Position numbers and translations under genes: made by a program. This document shows positions 23,730-34,879 of a stretch of DNA of 64,000 bases, one piece after another (position 1 is the stretch's first letter; each line of letters begins with the position of its first letter). Under the pieces are notes generated by a model that had not been told where the DNA came from, made no database searches, and saw only the letters and a list, made by a program, of their open reading frames with translations. Source of the stretch: Anthoceros angustus (taxonomy: Eukaryota; Plantae; Anthocerotophyta); assembly GCA_010909165.1 (NCBI GenBank), contig MU008149.1, positions 395,086 to 459,085 of the forward strand, read 5' to 3'.

Positions 23730-24981
23730 TTCATATTAGAATCTCAAAAACTACGCACGTAGGCACATTCCTGCAACGATGGCTCTGCAGCTCAGTGTGG
23801 GCGTCAGGGAGCGGCTCAGCCCAGGTTATTGAGGCCAAGCGGGCTGGGAAGTACGATGGCGAAGCCAAGCGGGAAGGGAGAGGGCGTGAAGTGGGCAACC
23901 GCTAGCACAGGCTGGGCTGGGAAACAGAAGTGCAGATCGTAGAGCGGAAATCGATACCAGGAGGATGCTGCGAAGTCGAGGGCTACACCACGCGGCAGCC
24001 TGACAGGTTGCTGCCATGTCCCGCTTCCACATGACGCGCTCCAGGCCCGGCGGGGTGTAGTCTGTGCCCAGGTCCCGGTCGGAGAATGCCCCGGGCGTGG
24101 CAAAGAAGGAAGCTTTCCTCAGCGCCTGGGCACGGCCGTGATCAGGCGGGCCGTGGTGGCCATGGCGTCGGCGCACTCGTCCGGCCATGCTTGGTTTTTT
24201 GGTTTTGTGTGCTGTAGGACCGAGTTGTGAAACTCCGAATCCTTTGCGGATGAGAATCATCCCTTTGATAACAAGCCTCTGAAGCCAGTTGTGATGCCTT
24301 GTAGAAAGGTTCGGGAGATGAGGCCACGAGAAAGGCGTGCTGCACCAAGGGCTCAAGCCTCCTGCTCTTAATTCTAGGCGATAGAGGGTAGATGCGCGTA
24401 GGTTTGCGATCTGTATTGAGCCGTTTTCGCTTGCTCGTGAATTGCAGGGGTTCGTGCTACTCCCACGGTTGCTGAAGCTGGCAAGAAATAAAAGAGATCC
24501 GTGGTTTAGCTCGGAGGGGAAGGCCGAGCAGGTTTCAGCGTAGCAGTGCCAGAGTAGCTGACTATGGAAACTCACGCTCGGTTTTAAATCGTCCTGGCTG
24601 CAGGAGTGCAGTGTCATTGAGTGTGCAGTGTCTTGAGCCGTTTTCGGTTGCTTGTGAATTGCAGGGGTTCGTGCTACTCCCACGATTGCTGATGCTGGCA
24701 CGAAATGAAGAGATTTGTAGGTTAGTTCGGAGAGGAAGGCTGAGCAGGTTCACTGTTTCGGCGTAGCAGAGCCAGAGTAGCTGATTATGGAAAATCACGC
24801 TCGGTTTTGAATCCTCCTGGCTGAAGGAGGGCAGTGCAGTGTCATTGGTCCAGCAGGTGCTGGGCTTGATGACGATGACTCGCGCCCTGTTGCTGAGGAA
24901 GCGTTCAGGCCCAGCTTTGTGAAGCATGTCGAGAAAGCGGTCACTTTGTTGCAGAGCATTGGAAGTCTGGCCATTTTCCAT
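23730..24981 (-). pseudogene. BAHD acyltransferase-like relic
   Basis: SSWYRFPLYDLHFCFPAQPV resembles the BAHD SW.RFP.Y..DFGWG.P region, followed by AIVLPSP. An N-terminal-like block (VIVIKPS...LWLCY...NPCNS) is present twice. Frameshifted; no clear HxxxD. Confidence 0.4.
24416..24850. repeat. Diverged tandem duplication, about 220-bp unit x2
   Basis: TTGAGCCGTTTTCG...GAATTGCAGGGGTTCGTGCTACTCCCACG...TCACGCTCGGTTTT...GTGCAGTGTCATTG starts at about 24416 and 24634. Confidence 0.9.
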
Positions 24982-25647
24982 ACATGTCCACCAGGCAACT
25001 AGTTGCCCAACACTGCGTCATTCGGCAGTCCTCTTTCGACAAGTGTGTGAGACTGTGCAGCTGCCTGCTCTTCTGTAAGGCACCAGTGCTTTAACAGACC
25101 TTTAGAACCCAAGCAGATGTAACATCGTCAGCCAACGATCTCTGGAAAATCCGTCCCCACTCAAACATTTTCTCGCGAGTGGGAGTACCCCAACAAAAAC
25201 ATGATGCTGATCGCAGTTTAGAAATTCGACCATGAGATTGAACGATCGTCGCAGATTTGGGCTGGGACAAGTGGCTAGGCAACTTTCAGGCAATTTGGGC
25301 GGGAGAATCTGCTCATATCAACTGGAACTGCAGCGGTGATTGTGGCCGCATGGCCCCAGTTGTTAGTGTGCAGCACTGTAATCCAATGGTGTCAGATTGT
25401 CAATGTGAGAGGTGTCTTGGGCTGTTGCGAGATTAGGAAAAAATTGGATATTCAATGCCGACAGTTCTCGAGCTTTCGAATCGCTACAAAAACAATCACA
25501 ATGGTACGCCAATTACATTGTCGGTGCTAATCTTTTGACCCATCACCTATGCATTGTGCGATAAAAACATCACCTATATATCTACCTATGCCTTTGCAAT
25601 TTGAATCTTTTTGACCAATGATTGATAACAATATGTGGCGCTCAGAA

Positions 25648-26289
25648 CTAGGCCAACATCCAAATCACACAAGCCACCCATACGATTGATGACGAGATGG
25701 AAATGGCTATGCTACTCAATTGTAAAATTCCTAAGAGGATGAAAATTGAGCCCCATGCAATCACAAAAAACTCAGCTAACATAAACAAAACGCATGGAGT
25801 TCTTCCTTCAAACAACGAGATGACCACCACCGTCAGCGGCAAACACATGCGTTGCACCAGCACTACACCAAGTACGATGTGATGAAGACCCACCATAACT
25901 TGATTGGACCATCAAACTTCCTCGCCAATACGGTGAGGGAACGAAATGATGCCAAGTGAGAGTTTCAAAGCAAATGGGATATTCACAAATTGGATATCTA
26001 CTTGCGGTCATTAGCTTCAACACGATTGATTGTTCCATGGCCATTCCACCCTCACCTCCACTCCATTGATTGTTCCATGGCCATTTCCACCCTGTACATC
26101 CACTCCATCATCCGAGTGGTCATTTCCACCTAGTGTCTTCACTTCACCCTGTGACTGATGATGAGCACTGCCAGCTTCATCTTGATGTGACGAGAAACCC
26201 AACGCTACCGCCTTTGTCCCGGGCGATGAATTTTCAGCCCTGAATCCGAAATCCACCACTATAAACCCCTCTTCTTCTAATTCACTCAT
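25648..26289 (-). pseudogene. Frameshifted second copy of the orphan 4-TM ORF
   Basis: Same peptide blocks split across ORFs 26017-26340, 25808-26044 and 25648-25896. Confidence 0.6.
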
Positions 26290-27301
26290 GATGAAAAATT
26301 TCACTTGAAGTCCTTGTTTCCCACCAAGGAGATGCCACACGAGCTAAGCAGCAAAGCGTGAAGATTAAAGGATAAGGGGACCCAACAATGTTTATGTAAA
26401 TCCTGGGGTCTACGCCAACATATATAGTCTTCTATAGGTGTAATCTCTCGATAAGAAGAGATCAGCTTATTACAAATTGAAACATTTATATTAAATACTC
26501 GATAGTACTGTTAAGGTGTTGTTAAGGTGTATCTGACTTTAAGCGTCAACTATGTATCCGGACCTACAGACACATGCATGGGAAGGTAAGGTTACTAGAC
26601 CGTATTCTTGCCCGTGACAAGATTGTGCCAAATCTTGATTAGGGTCACCTTGGACTATCGATATGGCGAGTTGAGCGGCGATGAACTCACGCAATGAACC
26701 CGATCAAGCGGGCATACGCATACATCAAGGGTGATAGGGTGAGGTCACAGCCAACGAACAAAGTGATCAATCAAACATGATCGATGATGTCCAAGCGTGG
26801 GCACTCCAACACCCACTTATTTTACACTCCATTCGTTATACCAACGTATGACTTGGGGCGACCATGCGTCTAGCCTAGGGTATATATGGCCATTCCATTC
26901 GGGAGACTTTACCATACACCTTCTCGCACAAGAAATCAAGGTCACGAGAGTTCAAGAGAGCGTGGCCTCAACGCTGCAGTAAGGAGAGATCCTCTCAGAA
27001 TGGGCACAAGGATGACAGGCTCGGCACTGTTTCTTATTGTACTTTCTGGCGAGGAAAATGGAATACAATTTTATAGGATGTCCAAGGCATCTTTTCCCTC
27101 ACGCTTTAACTGGTGATGTGAGCCTTGTAAGTTGTGGCCACTGCACGTTTTCCCATAGCAGTCCTATAGCTCACGGATGCAGCTCTCATGTCCACAGTAC
27201 TCGCCGGCTCTTTCTTGACAAAAGCACAATCTAATCTACCTATGCCTTTGCAATTTGAATCTTTTTGACCAATGATTGATAACAATATGTGGCGCTCAGA
27301 A

Positions 27302-27958
27302 CTAGGCCAACATCCAAATCACACAAGCCACCCATACGATTGATGACGAGATGGAAATGGCTATGCTACTCAATTGTAAAATTCCTAAGAGGATGAAAAT
27401 TGAGCCCCATGCAATCACAAAAAACTCAGCTAACATAAACAAACGTGCGACAAGCCGAGTTCTTCCTTCAAACAACGAGATGACCACCACCCGTGCGGCA
27501 AACACCGCTGCGTTTGCACCAAGCACTACACCAAGTACAGTAGCGATGAAGACCCACCATAACTTGATTGGACCATCCAAACTTCCTCGCCAATACAGTA
27601 GGAACGAACAAATGATGCCAAGTGAGAGTTTCAAAGCAAATGGGATATTCACAAATTGGATATCTACTTGCTGGTCATTGGCTTCAACACGATTGATTGT
27701 TCCATGGCCATTCCCACCCTCTACCTCCACTCCATTGATTGTTCCATGGCCATTTCCACCCTGTACATCCACTCCATCATCCGAGTGGTCATTTCCACCT
27801 AGTGTCTTCACTTCACCCTGTGACTGATGATGAGCACTGCCAGCTTCATCTTGATGTGACGAGAAACCCAACGCTACCGCCTTTGTCCCGGGCGATGAAT
27901 TTTCAGCCCTGAATCCGAAATCCACCACTATAAACCCCTCTTCTTCTAATTCACTCAT
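27302..27958 (-). CDS. Orphan intronless membrane protein (hydrophilic N-terminus, about 4 C-terminal hydrophobic helices)
   Basis: Open frame from MSELEEEG (ATG 27958) with an internal GGNGHGTIN repeat x2 and four hydrophobic stretches to the stop. An AT-rich promoter-like region lies upstream. Confidence 0.55.
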   Translation of the reverse strand: MSELEEEGFIVVDFGFRAENSSPGTKAVALGFSSHQDEAGSAHHQSQGEVKTLGGNDHSDDGVDVQGGNGHGTINGVEVEGGNGHGTINRVEANDQQVDIQFVNIPFALKLSLGIICSFLLYWRGSLDGPIKLWWVFIATVLGVVLGANAAVFAARVVVISLFEGRTRLVARLFMLAEFFVIAWGSIFILLGILQLSSIAISISSSIVWVACVIWMLA

Positions 27959-28928
27959 GATGAAAAATTTCGCCCAGAATCCCTTGTTTCCCCACCAAGG
28001 AGATGCCACACGAGCTAAACGCACAAACGTGTACAAGAAGATTAAAGGATAAGGGGACCCAACAATGTTTATGTAAATCCTGGGGTCTACGCCAACATAT
28101 ATAGTCTTCTATAGGTGTAATCTCTCGATAAGAAGAGATCAGCTTATTACAAATTGAAACATTTATATTAAATACTCGATAGTACTGTTAAGGTGTTGTT
28201 AAGGTGTATCTGACTTTAAGCGTCAACTATGTATCCGGACCTACAGACACATGCATGGGAAGGTAAGGTTACTAGACCGTATTCTTGCCCGTGACAAGAT
28301 TGTGCCAAATACTGATAGGGTCACCCTTCAGACTATCAGCATATGGCGAGTTGAAACTGAGCGATGAACTGGCTGCAATGAACCCGAGCGCATACGCATA
28401 CATCAAGGGTGATAGGGTGAGGTCACGACCAGCGAACAAAGTGATCAATCGCAAACATGATCGATGATGTCCAAGCGGCACTCCAACACCCACTTATTTT
28501 ACACTCGTTATACGAACGTATGACTTGAAGGGCGACCATGCCTAGCCTAGGGTATATGGCCATTCCAAATAACGGAGACTTTACCACACCTTCTACGCAA
28601 GAAATCAAGGTCACAGGCGAGAGTTCAAGAGAGCGTGGCCTCAACGTCGATGAAAGGGAGATCCTCTCAAGAATGGGCACAAGGATGGGCTCACTGTTTG
28701 TTGTACTTTCAGCAGAAATGGAATACAATTTTATAGGATGTCCAAGGCATCTTTTCCTACGCTTTAACCACAAGGTGATCTTGTAAGTTGTGGCCACTCA
28801 CGTTTTCCCATAGCGCCCCTATAGCTCACGGATGCAGCTCTCATGTCCACAGTACTCATGCTGGCTCTTTCTTGACAAAAGCACAATCTAATCTTCCTCC
28901 TAACAGTACTGAGCTGCTAATTAATCAT

Positions 28929-29153
28929 ATTAAATATATCATTATAATGCCAGCATGGGCATTATAATGATATATTTAATTGCTGAAAATTGAAAATATA
29001 AATATTTATGTTGAACCTTATAACATTTATGCTGAAATCTGAATAAGCATATTGGATAATGCTGAAAGTGATTTCAGCATTATCCAATAGGATAATGCTG
29101 AAATCATTTTTTTTTGAAAAAAAAAAGGTTCAACATAAATATTTATATTTTCA
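28929..29153. repeat. AT-rich clustered inverted repeats (foldback-like)
   Basis: Perfect 23-bp stem 28929-28951/28958-28980. About 30-bp inverted pair at 28990-29019/29124-29153, enclosing the hairpin TATTGGATAATGCTGAAA-GTGA-TTTCAGCATTATCCAATA. Confidence 0.85.
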
Positions 29154-29374
29154 AATTTTCAAAATTTATGAAAAATAATTGTATTAATTTTTAATATTTT
29201 TTAAAATAGATATGTATCTATATAGAACTAATGGATATGTATAGACCTCCCCTAAACAGGCCCTAATTTTCCACACAAACCCTAGTTTCCTTATTTTCGG
29301 CATCTTAAACTCATAAATTTTGTAATGATTTAGTATAATAATTTCTGGATTTCTCAATTTTACTAATTACCTCA

Positions 29375-29445
29375 TTCAGTTGCACGATCGAGCAAGAACA
29401 TCAACCATACATGCAGATGGTGCTCATTAGGTTTGATGCCGTGAT
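29375..29445 (-). pseudogene. Continuation of the same PPR gene 3' of the LTR insertion
   Basis: HGIKPNEH..MVDVLARS..QLNE matches the G(I/V)KP..EHY.CMVD.L.RAG.L.EA repeat. It joins MMDD at 33762 when 29.45-33.76 kb is removed. Confidence 0.65.
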
Positions 29446-29449
29446 TGAT

Positions 29450-32400
29450 TGTGGCGCGACTTGTTGGCCGGCCGGTAGGCGCGCAATCCGTGCCGTTGTA
29501 GTAAGGAGTCCGTTCCCAAAGGAATGATGGGCTCGTGTACCGCGTTCGCGATTCTCCTCACTTTGCGTCCGTTTAGACTCAGCGCGCACACATTCGCCAG
29601 TTGCGTCTAACTACTGCATAGCGTTCACGGTTGAAGCGTTTAAGGGCGTCCGCGTCCGTATCGTTCTCGTTCGTCACGTTCCTCTAGTCCGTTCCTCTCC
29701 TACTCTTACTACACTCGTCGTCTCTTGGGAAAGCGGGTGGCAGCGATCCGGACCTCCTCCGTCGTTCTACCAGGCCTCTCCGTCCGGGCTCTACCCCTCC
29801 GTCCCTGGCTCACTCGTTCGGTCCTTTGATGGACCTGCTCCGGACGAGCAAGGGTCTGTCGCTCTTCCCTGCACACCACCACCGTTAGGGTCGTCACGGG
29901 CCGGGATCGATCTCTCGGGGCATGTGCACCTTTCGGACTCGGGCCTCACGTTAGCAAGAAGACTCACAAGTGCAAAAGCGGCTTCTACCCCAAGAGAAGA
30001 TGATTTATTGAGCGACCTCGGCCCTCTTATACTCGCCCAAGTCGGCGTCTTTATTACCCTAATGCAGTGGTGGCGGCTCGATGCATGTCGGCCGCCTACC
30101 ATCCTATTCCTCCTCCTATCTCCTTCGTCGGCGGTGGGGCTGGGAAGGTCGTTCCGCCTCATTGGTGGTCAATCTCCCGTCACGGCGATTCGCAGGCGCA
30201 TCGGATGATCCGCGGACCCCTTCCTCTTCCGGAATCACAGCCGGGTTGGGCTCGTGATGCGGCGGCCGTTACCCTAACGTCGTCCCCCGGCCCCGGTGGG
30301 TCCCCTTATGAGACCACCGTGTCTGCTCCCCCGGTAAGTCGGAGGGACTCCTCCTTGCCGAGTCGGACCTCGGGTCGGTCTCGACTCGGAACGAGTCATC
30401 TTATTCCTGAGTCGTCTGCTGGGTCCGGTCTCATCTCACAGGGGTTCGGACCTCGGTCGAACTTATTCTGGTCCGGTCCCCAAGCTCCGGACCCCTTGTC
30501 TGCGGACCTCTTGCTAGGTCCTCATCCCTTCCACAGGCCCTTGTCTTGGGTGGTTTGGCTCCTCCTTGCGCCGCGCCTCTATCTTCCGGCGGGTTGCGGT
30601 GGACTTACCACAGGATTCGTTGTATTGGCGCGTCTGCTCCTCTGAGGCTCTTCTCCCTTCCGTCGTCTCCAAGCAGGCCACTAGGGTCCCCGTCTGTCCC
30701 CATGCCCTTCATCCCTTGAGCCTTCCGGGGTCCGTCTCATGGCGGGCGAGGCTTCAATGCCTTAAGAGCTCGGCGTGGTAGTAGGCAAAATCCGAGTCAA
30801 TTCTTTGGATTGCCTCTTCCACATGTGCGGAGCACCGATACTCCCTTCGCCATTGGTGCTCGGGGCGTCTTTGTCCGGCTTCTTTGGACCATCCCTCTGC
30901 CGAGTTCGTTGGGCGGGCGAATCTCGAGGCCACAAGGGCCTCGGTCACCTCCTGCCGCCTGTTGCTCACTTTGCTCCGGCTCCGTCGTTTTGCTCTGCCC
31001 GGCTTACGCCATAGCGGCGCTCCTTCCGCCTTCCTTGGACCAGCGGCTTCTTTTGCGTCCGGTGCTCTCGCTCCCGTTTATTACGGCCGTTAGCTCGCCA
31101 TCTCCCTCTCCAGGTCGGGCAACTCTGCGGTGCGGGCTTCGAGTCCTTCTCCATTTCGGCGTGACTCCTGTTCCATGCCATGCCACTTCCTCCGTCCATG
31201 AGCTGGAGCGCTCTATCTCGTTCGATCAGATCACGCCTGCGATACCATTCCTCTCAATGGTAACTTGGGCTGCGGCTCGAGTCTCCTGCGGTCTTCCATC
31301 TCCTGCTGTGCTCCACCTCGCATGGCGGGCCGGAGATCCTCCATCTCCTTGCATGGGCTTCCTCCTCCTCGGCATGGTGGCCCGTACACTCCGCCGCCTC
31401 CTGCTCCTTCTTGAGTTAGCCGCTATCCTGCGTCTCCCTCCACGGTTCGATCACGCCGATAGTGATCGCGGTCGGTCTTAGCGGCTTCGCCTCCTCATTG
31501 CCTTCACGGGCTTCGCCCACTTGGCGGGTCGGGCGGTCAAGCCTTCTGCGCCGGGCCTCCTGCCTCTGCTGCTACTCCTCTCGCTGCGGTCTTGACCCTT
31601 GGGCCTCCTTGGTGCTCACCCGGTGAAGGAATTTAGTCAGTCTGTCGAATGGACGGACTTCCTCTCGGCCTCCTGCGTTTCCCTTCTTGATGCGGCCGAG
31701 GCTTGCCTTCCTCCTTGCCTCTGGGGCGCCTCCAGCTCTGGAGGAGCACCATCGCCTCTGGTGGCTTCTACTTCACAGGTCTTCTCGGTGTCCATGAGAC
31801 CCCAAAGCACTCTGGTCCATGCGGTGGCAGGAACCGTGTCTCTTCCACGGCCGCCAGTGAGACCCCACGTCCGTAGTGGGAGGCGGGCATCTCACGCAGT
31901 CCAGGACCTCCATACCAGTCCGGGAGTAAGTCGGTGGGGTTCTCCAGTTAATCGCCCTTAGGTCACGATTCTTGACTCGAGCTTCACCCTCCTTAGCCCT
32001 CTTGGCGCCAATTCCTTATTGCCCTCTTAGTCACAGGGCTCGGAGGGTGAGGGTCGGGCGGCCTTGCCTCTCGGTCAGCAGGGGGGCTCGGGTGGGGTTC
32101 TGCGGTGACCCCCTGCTCCTTGGGCGGCGTCCCTTTCTCTTCTTCACCGCCTCTTGACCTCTTGCCACTCCGTGGCGGGGTAGAGCCTGAGCACACAGGG
32201 GTCTTTGCGTTAGCGGATGGCACCGTCTTCCGCCTCTTGATTTGAGTCGTCGGGGCTCCTCTGCTTGTGGGTGGTGGGTGACATGTGTCGGCGTCTCTGC
32301 TGCCTTTGGTTGCTCGTGAGGCACCAAGAGGAGGAAGCGGGGATATCTTCCACACTTCCACAGGTGGTGAGGGTCCTCAGACGTATGGAGTCAGTATCCC

Positions 32401-33761
32401 TTCGATCGTCCTCCTCCGGACCGTTTGGCCCTAGGGGTGGGCCTCCCCCTCAGGCGCCCTTGCAGCTCCGGTAGGGCCGCCCCCTTTCCGGGCGCCCGCT
32501 CGATCTCCCCATCCTTGAGGGCTCGTAATGTCCCCATACATGGATCGGTATGGGGATAGTCAGAAGCGAGGGCTTCTCGCTCCCTCGGGCCTCACAGGCT
32601 GAACAGGCGAAGATAATCCTTCCCAGTCGCCCTCTTGCCCGCAGCGCATGCGGGAACACCCAAATTATCACCAAGGTGATCCACCTTGGTGAGCAAGTTC
32701 CAATGGACAATGATGGGCTGACCCTCACTCTGCATCCGGCGGTCCGATATCAACCGGTGTTGGTTGTCCATTGCGTTCGGGCCTCGCCATCGCCGCCCGC
32801 TCTATCTTCCCCTCGCCTTGAGGGCTCGGGACTCGCCCCATCTTCCTCCTTTGGGCGGTTGTAGGCCGCCCTCGGGACCTCAAGGTCCATCGCAGGATCC
32901 TCCGGAGGTTCTTGGACGAACCTCCTTGTTGGCCGCCAACATCTTGGCGAACTCCGGACCCGGTGTGTCAAGCGTCGAACGACTGGAACACGTCTAAGTG
33001 CCACTCCTCGACTAATCCTCCGCTTCCTCCGACCATGGCCCAAAGTCCGGAGTAGCGCCGGGTCACAATGTTGCGCCTACCAGTTCCATGGCTCCCGGAC
33101 CTCCATGACCTTTTTGGGTGCCATCGCCTTCTTCTCCCTTCGCCGTAGCGCTGTCGAGACCGGCACGATGCGCCTGGCTGTCACGCCCAACCCCAACGGT
33201 GAGCCGGCCAAGATGCCCGAGCTGCTCAAAGAGATAGCGCCAGAGAGCCGGGTTAAGTGAGCGCAAGAGATCGAGAATTGTCTCGAGGTCGCGCAGAAAT
33301 GACCTCCTCCGCCGCCTGCTGAAGTAATCGGGCGGAAGGTGCCTCTTCATCCGTGGCTTTAAGTGCGCATGGCTTACCGCCTTACGCCTCCGCTTACTCC
33401 GCCTTACCGCCACGTATTTCTAGTCGCCACGCCGCCCTGGGGCGTGAATACCGCTTATAACGCCTCGGCACCCCCTACGGCCCCGGTCCGTGATGCCCGT
33501 CCTCCTCTGACCGCTCACGTGGGCTCGCTGCTCGCCCAAACTCCTAAGTTACTTTACTTGGATTTATCTTATCCTGCGAGGTGGTCCGACTGCTCGCGCA
33601 TTGCGGTCCGACCCAACCCTCGGCTCCAGAATTCCGAGTCCCGGAACCCACTCGAGTGTAGTCCGAGTACGCCATATTCCTTCCTTTCCGCCTTATTTCT
33701 ACTGACCTATGAAAAAACAAAACCCGACTCATTTCCTAACCTAAGGAAGTCATAGTCCACA
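29450..33761 (-). mobile_element. Solo-LTR-like unit (about 4.3 kb) of a long-LTR family, inserted in the PPR gene
   Basis: On the minus strand it starts TG at 33761 and ends CCACA near 29450. Its start region (TTTTGTTTTTT..GAAATAAGGCGGA) and U5 motif (29500-29525) resemble those of LTRs A/B/C. GTATAAGAG TATA near 30030; degenerate ORF with KVDHLGDNL near 32690. Confidence 0.65.
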
Positions 33762-34110
33762 ATCGTCCATCATCGGGTTTGAGAATGCTTTGGTGGCTCT
33801 ACCAAACCGACGACAAAAGTGTGAGAAACAGAGGAAAGTAGTAGCATCGAGCTCAACTCTATGCTGCTTGCATTTCTTGAAAACATCAAAAACCATTTCA
33901 TTATTATTGCATTGGGCATAGCCATTCGTGAGCATTCCATGTCACCACATCTTTGTGGGCAATCTTTCAAATACTCTCCGTGCATCCTCTATGCTCCCAC
34001 ATTTTAAATACATGTCGACAAGGCTGCTTCCGATAATTACATCAGATTCCAGGGCTCTGTCCTTAATCTCAGAGTGAAGATCCTTGCCCTGTTTATTAGC
34101 AGATCGATAT
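33762..34110 (-). pseudogene. PLS-class PPR gene fragment, 5' of the LTR insertion
   Basis: QGKDLHSEIKDRALESDVIIGSSLVDMYLKCGSIEDARRVFERLPTK, then (frameshift) GYAQ...VELDATTF...MMDD. Confidence 0.85.
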
Positions 34111-34879
34111 CGCGGTGGTACTGGGAATGATGCACGGTGATTGGATGCAATTGCATTCGATCCCTTTCAGATAGCGTTAGCCGGACCCTCCAACTCGTGC
34201 CAGCTACCTTCATGGGTTCAAGGAGGAAGTGGCTCTGATTCTCAAGTGGACACACCATTGCATCGAGGGCGACCCTCAAGGATTCAACCCCGTGGTCAAC
34301 GACCTCATACAATCTGTGCAGTGGCCGGACGGCGTCATCACCCAGCCAGTTGAGGAGCCCGCGTCTACAGGTGTACCTGTATTATTGGCCTCTCTCCTTA
34401 GTCCTCAAAGGGAGACGACTGCTCCGCCTGCAAAGAGCCAGCAACTTCAATTCCAGAAGAGCCAACCCTTTGAGTCTGAGGCCTTTGTTTGCTCTCCCAT
34501 ATGTTGGACGCTATTCTACACCGCTCTTTGACATCGACAGCTTGTCTCCATCTCATAGTGTCTCATAGTTAGAAGAAAAAGCAGACCACGTTGGTTTCGT
34601 ATCATGTTGGTTAGTCTAACTAGGCCTTAGCTTTAAATGTAGTTAGTTAACTAGCAAGCTAGCGAAAGGACACAACCCTTCGTAACCCTTTAAAAGCCCA
34701 CCTATGAACCTAAACCTCAGTTGATTGTTTATCATTCTTAGTAAAGCATCTGCTTGATGCAAGACGCTTCCGCATGGCATTTCTAACTCTCATGGTCTCT
34801 AGTGCAAGCTTTAGGATGTCTAGGAGGGATTGCATCTCCGAGGGTGACAATCTGACCAAGGTTGCTATGGGAATACTTT

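Larger units (their letters stand above)
25580..28893. repeat. About 1.65-kb tandem duplication (two units, junction near 27234)
   Basis: ATCTACCTATGCCTTTGCAATTTGAATC starts at about 25580 and 27234, and both units end CTTGACAAAAGCACAATCTAATCT. The copies differ mainly by small indels. Confidence 0.95.

Noticed and set aside
23354-23905. 183-aa ORF or further PPR remnant (SLHGRRVH..AGTC)
   Set aside because: Resemblance to a PPR L motif is too short and no family could be supported.
30000-33400. Numerous 60-220 aa Pro/Ser/Arg-rich plus-strand ORFs (also at 46-49 and 53-63 kb)
   Set aside because: Shadow frames of GC-rich, purine-skewed LTR sequence; the conserved peptide signal is on the opposite strand.
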